A stretch of 63,755 nt of DNA, the filler included, from Perkinsus chesapeaki ATCC PRA-425 (Eukaryota; Protista; Perkinsozoa), in assembly GCA_013115145.1 (NCBI GenBank). It is 6 parts of 6 records of this genome, joined end to end, with 100 filler letters (N's around TTAATTAATTAA, not from the genome) between each part and the next. Parts side by side here need not be neighbours in the genome. Positions count along the whole stretch, not along the records: positions 52,947 to 60,881 come from JAAPAO010001006.1; positions 60,982 to 62,154 come from JAAPAO010002128.1; positions 62,255 to 63,755 come from JAAPAO010001931.1; 3 more parts are not named here. The stretch is one strand, 5' to 3'. The first letter of the stretch is position 1. Each line of letters starts with the position of its first letter. Of this stretch, positions 60,477 through 63,755 are shown piece by piece. The translations under genes were made by a program, and so were the position numbers. The notes beneath the pieces were generated by a model. That model saw nothing but the letters and a program-made list of their open reading frames with translations. It did not search any database and had not been told where the DNA came from.

Positions 60477-60881
60477 TTACTCGCCTTTGTAGGATATCGC
60501 GGCGTGTCGCTAGCTATTGTGTGCTTTGTGACATTGTGTGCATATCATAGTCTCCGGATGAGCAAGCCCATCCTTCCTACTATTCATCAGCAGGTGGCAG
60601 TGTAGTATAATAGAACTCAAATCCTTATTGCTCAAGGGTAGAAAGACTGAGTGTTTGGCAACCCGGGGCACGACGATCAGCCATATGGCCCGTGCTTGTC
60701 AAAGGCATGGGTAACTATTTCGGTGATATGCACTCTGGTATCATCTTCGGGATCTGAGCCACAGCTGCTGCTGTCGGAAATATTGTTGGAGCGAATCTGG
60801 CTTCATTGATGATAGTCTTCTTTGGTGAGAGTGGTCGAACAGTCATCTCCGCTACATTCATCACTCCAGCTGTCATTCTCG

Positions 60882-60981
60882 NNNNNNNNNNNNNNNNNNN
60901 NNNNNNNNNNNNNNNNNNNNNNNNNTTAATTAATTAANNNNNNNNNNNNNNNNNNNNNNNNNNNNNNNNNNNNNNNNNNNN
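60882..60981. other. Artificial contig spacer
   Basis: 44 N + TTAATTAATTAA + 44 N. Confidence 0.99.
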
Positions 60982-62046
60982 TCATGATTTTGACCGGCCA
61001 ATCCTTGATCACCCGGGTCACACGTGTCCCGAGTACTCTCCGATTGACCTCGCACACAAAATCTGTGCGCCACCAAAATGACGGTCTCCTAGCTGGAGAA
61101 TATAATTTTGGCCCTTATTCGTCCCTAGCTGGAAAACACAAAAGCATTCGTACAGGCTATAATGTTTTCGTATCTTGATATTAAATCAGGATACGGGAAC
61201 CATGTAGCCTATAGTATAGGTCGTATCGGCCCTATACGAAGCCTATAAGGGTAAGTATTGGCTTGTATCAGTGGTTACCGTTGTGGACTCGACAGGCGAT
61301 GATATCAGGCCCACTCGATAATATTGAGCGGGAACTCAGCAAGTTGTAACACCGCCGCATGCCGGCGGAGCGGAAACAATCAGTCTTCCTTCTGTGGAAC
61401 GATCTCCATGGAAATTTCTCTGTATTGCCTGTCAGTCCTGCCAATGATACGAAGTGTTACGGTAACTGTTACCGCCAATTTCACGAGCGGCTTTATCATA
61501 ATGTACTTGGAAAAAAGCAGCAGTGTACGTAGACTATATAACGTAGCTATCGAAGAACGTTTCAGGTAAACACGTACTGACCAAACAATGGCTATGCGAT
61601 TGTCAGCTGTCACAGCTTACGGTTCAACATCATAGTGAAGGTCGAACCCGCGCGGATCTCTCCGCCAGAACATGAGCCACCACTCGGTCAAACGGACTGA
61701 TAAGTGCCTGTTTTCTACCGCTTCGGAAGCGGCGCTGAAAGCGCCGCTTTAAAGAAGTGAGAATATCAATACTATTGATTCAATAGAAGTGATCAATAGA
61801 AGTGAGAAAGTTTCTCATTTAACGAGGAAGCGGCGCTTCCTCATTTCAGACTCGTCTGAGGCCCTCCCTTTCCGAGAGTATCGTGCCTATCAGTTTAACC
61901 GATTCAGCCACGGTACCGTGAAGACGCTATACACCTCTTCAACGCCTATTTCGACAATAGTAACTTTAATTTTGACGGGCGAACGAAATTTACGTTAGGA
62001 TTCTCGTTCAGCAAGTTCAATTCCACCTAGTACTGCTAGGGTAGTA

Positions 62047-62154
62047 GGTGGGTTAGTAACTTCAATATACCCTGGGAGGTGGTTTAGTATCCACTTCAAT
62101 ATACCCTGGGAGGTGGTTTAGTAACTTCAATATACCCTGGGAGGTGGTTTAGTA
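62047..62154 (-). repeat. Same 31-bp tandem repeat as 43719-43845, reverse orientation, x ~3.5
   Basis: AGTAACTTCAATATACCCTGGGAGGTGGTTT copies running into the spacer; one unit has a 3-bp insertion. Confidence 0.95.
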
Positions 62155-62254
62155 NNNNNNNNNNNNNNNNNNNNNNNNNNNNNNNNNNNNNNNNNNNNTT
62201 AATTAATTAANNNNNNNNNNNNNNNNNNNNNNNNNNNNNNNNNNNNNNNNNNNN
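62155..62254. other. Artificial contig spacer
   Basis: 44 N + TTAATTAATTAA + 44 N. Confidence 0.99.
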
Positions 62255-62256
62255 TG

Positions 62257-63753
62257 GTCGAGAGCGACGGCGTTACTAGCCAAGAACTTGGCGTAGATAG
62301 ACTTCGCTGTCGCAATGGTTTATTAGCCTGGAACCAGCTTGACACCAAAAATGTTAAGCTCTCCAAGGCGGCCTTTCGCCGCTGGAACGCAGCCCTTGTT
62401 GATCTGAACAAGTGGGTTGTAGACTCAGCCCGGCCACAATTTGTGGAATGGGAAGAGCAAGATGGTATCTATTGCCTTCGTCTCTATGCTACCTTAGAGC
62501 GAAGAAGCAAAAAATGGCAATTCAGCGATGCACTTGATGAAGAAGGCCGACTCTACGACATCCTCATAAGCTCGCATCATATGAAAATGCCATGGGTTAT
62601 GCGTCGAACTCTACTTGTTGCTATTGTAAAGTCGAGGCCACGAGCCTGGCACGAGGACTTAGCCTTCTCTAATCTGATCACATCTCTTGATGAGATTGCT
62701 GACTATAGTGCTTTCATTCTGGCACTTACTAATGCTGCTAAGCAAGCTCAAGTCGATAGTCTTAATGAATTCTTAGGCCCAGTCGAGAGCAAGCGATCTT
62801 ATGATGATAAGCAGGATGATGCTGCTGCGCCTGAGCATAAGAAGACTAAGACCGAAAAGTCTGACAACAAGAGCAGTGATTCGACTAAGTATTCCGACTC
62901 CAAGAAGAATGGCTATAAGAAGGATGGTCGATGGGCCTACTTCAAAAATAAATGGCACTGGGTCCCCAAGAAGAAGTACAATGAGAATTCGGATTCCTCC
63001 AATAAGAAGGACTCTAAGTCTGATTCCAAACCTCAGTCCGAATCTAATGGTAAAACTTCCTCCACTACTAGTAAGCCTACTTCTTCTTCGTATTCCCAGG
63101 ATAGTGTTGCGTTAAGTTTTGATATGGGGGACATATCTTTATTCGTGCGCGAAGGATATGTTACTAGCTCATTCGACCGTACCAGAACAACTAAATGCGT
63201 AATAGGCTTTGATACTTTAGCCGGGGTCAATTGCGTTACTCAAGAATTTGCTGATCTAGCTGGCCTTGAGACTATCTCATTAGACAAAACCACATACTTG
63301 AAAGGAGTTGGGGATAAACCACTCACAATAGAACAACATGCTTTTGCTGTACTGAAATACGCAGGGTACTCGGTCAAACTTGACTTTTGGGTCATTCCAC
63401 AATTACCTCGAGGTATCGATGTAATCATCTCGTATGGCGATATACCGAAATTCGGTATTACCATTACAGAGCAGTCTCACTCAGAACCCAACCAAGGCGG
63501 TTTTCAAGCATCCCTAGAACAGCAGCTCTCAGCTGCACTAGCAGAACTTGAATCGGAAACCGTCAATGAAAATAATGGCTGGAAAGCACTCCCAGGTGCT
63601 AAGAATTACCGGGGAAGAGTTAGACCAATTACTTCTAAAGAAGTACATGATACTAAGAATCAACAATTCGTATTCGAAATACCATGGTCTAACCCACCTG
63701 ATCAGACACAGAGCAAACCGTCACTGAGTCGGGATTATTCAGTTAATCTGATT
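62257..63753 (+). mobile_element. Open-ended 499-codon ORF resembling the gag-protease region of an LTR retrotransposon
   Basis: No stop in frame from 62257 to the window end. A helical gag-like part and a K/S/D-rich linker are followed by retropepsin-like IGFDTLAGVNCVTQEFA...GIDVIISYGDI, then FVFEIPW as seen before RT in pol polyproteins. Confidence 0.6.
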
Positions 63754-63755
63754 AA

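Larger units (their letters stand above)
55889..60881 (+). pseudogene. SLC37/GlpT-like copy C, split by the MULE and carrying an in-frame TGA
   Basis: 5' part 55889-56227 (HSTHKSISSAACLL...QCIFAV). The sequence resumes after the element as SAIWPVLVKGMGNYFGDMHSGIIFGI*ATAAAVGNIVGANLASL (~60676-60881). Confidence 0.85.

Noticed and set aside
61630-61670. GGGTTCGA on the minus strand as a tRNA T-loop
   Set aside because: No pairing T-stem, D-arm or acceptor stem.

Overview
Intron-rich eukaryotic DNA, most consistent with a Perkinsus-like alveolate. That assignment is an inference from short ~45-nt GT-AG introns, TAG/TAC-rich introns, Mei2-like RRMs, intronless pepsin-like expansions and a BT1 transporter. 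The window is six sequence blocks joined by five artificial 100-nt spacers (44 N + TTAATTAATTAA + 44 N), so adjacency across spacers is unproven. Recognisable genes: CLC channel with CBS pair, HVA22/REEP, TVP23, MBOAT, two Mei2-like RRM genes next to SPO11, a SPRY protein, two pepsin-like genes (one a pseudogene), a BT1 folate/biopterin transporter, a GNAT, a RINGv-DUF179 fusion, three SpoU-like genes, an RsuA/RluB-like pseudouridine synthase lacking its catalytic Asp, and three SLC37/GlpT-like MFS copies. One MFS copy is split by a ~4.2-kb Mutator (MULE) element, and a gag-protease-like retroelement ORF runs off the right end. The two most striking observations are: (1) intergenic DNA packed with chained perfect palindromes that have exactly one central base (about 25 with arms >=7 bp in 38085-41903; arms up to 23 bp elsewhere); (2) a ~6-kb cluster of four RNA-modification-enzyme homologues with mitochondrial-like presequences and eroded active sites. 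Exon boundaries were inferred by eye and gene ends are approximate.
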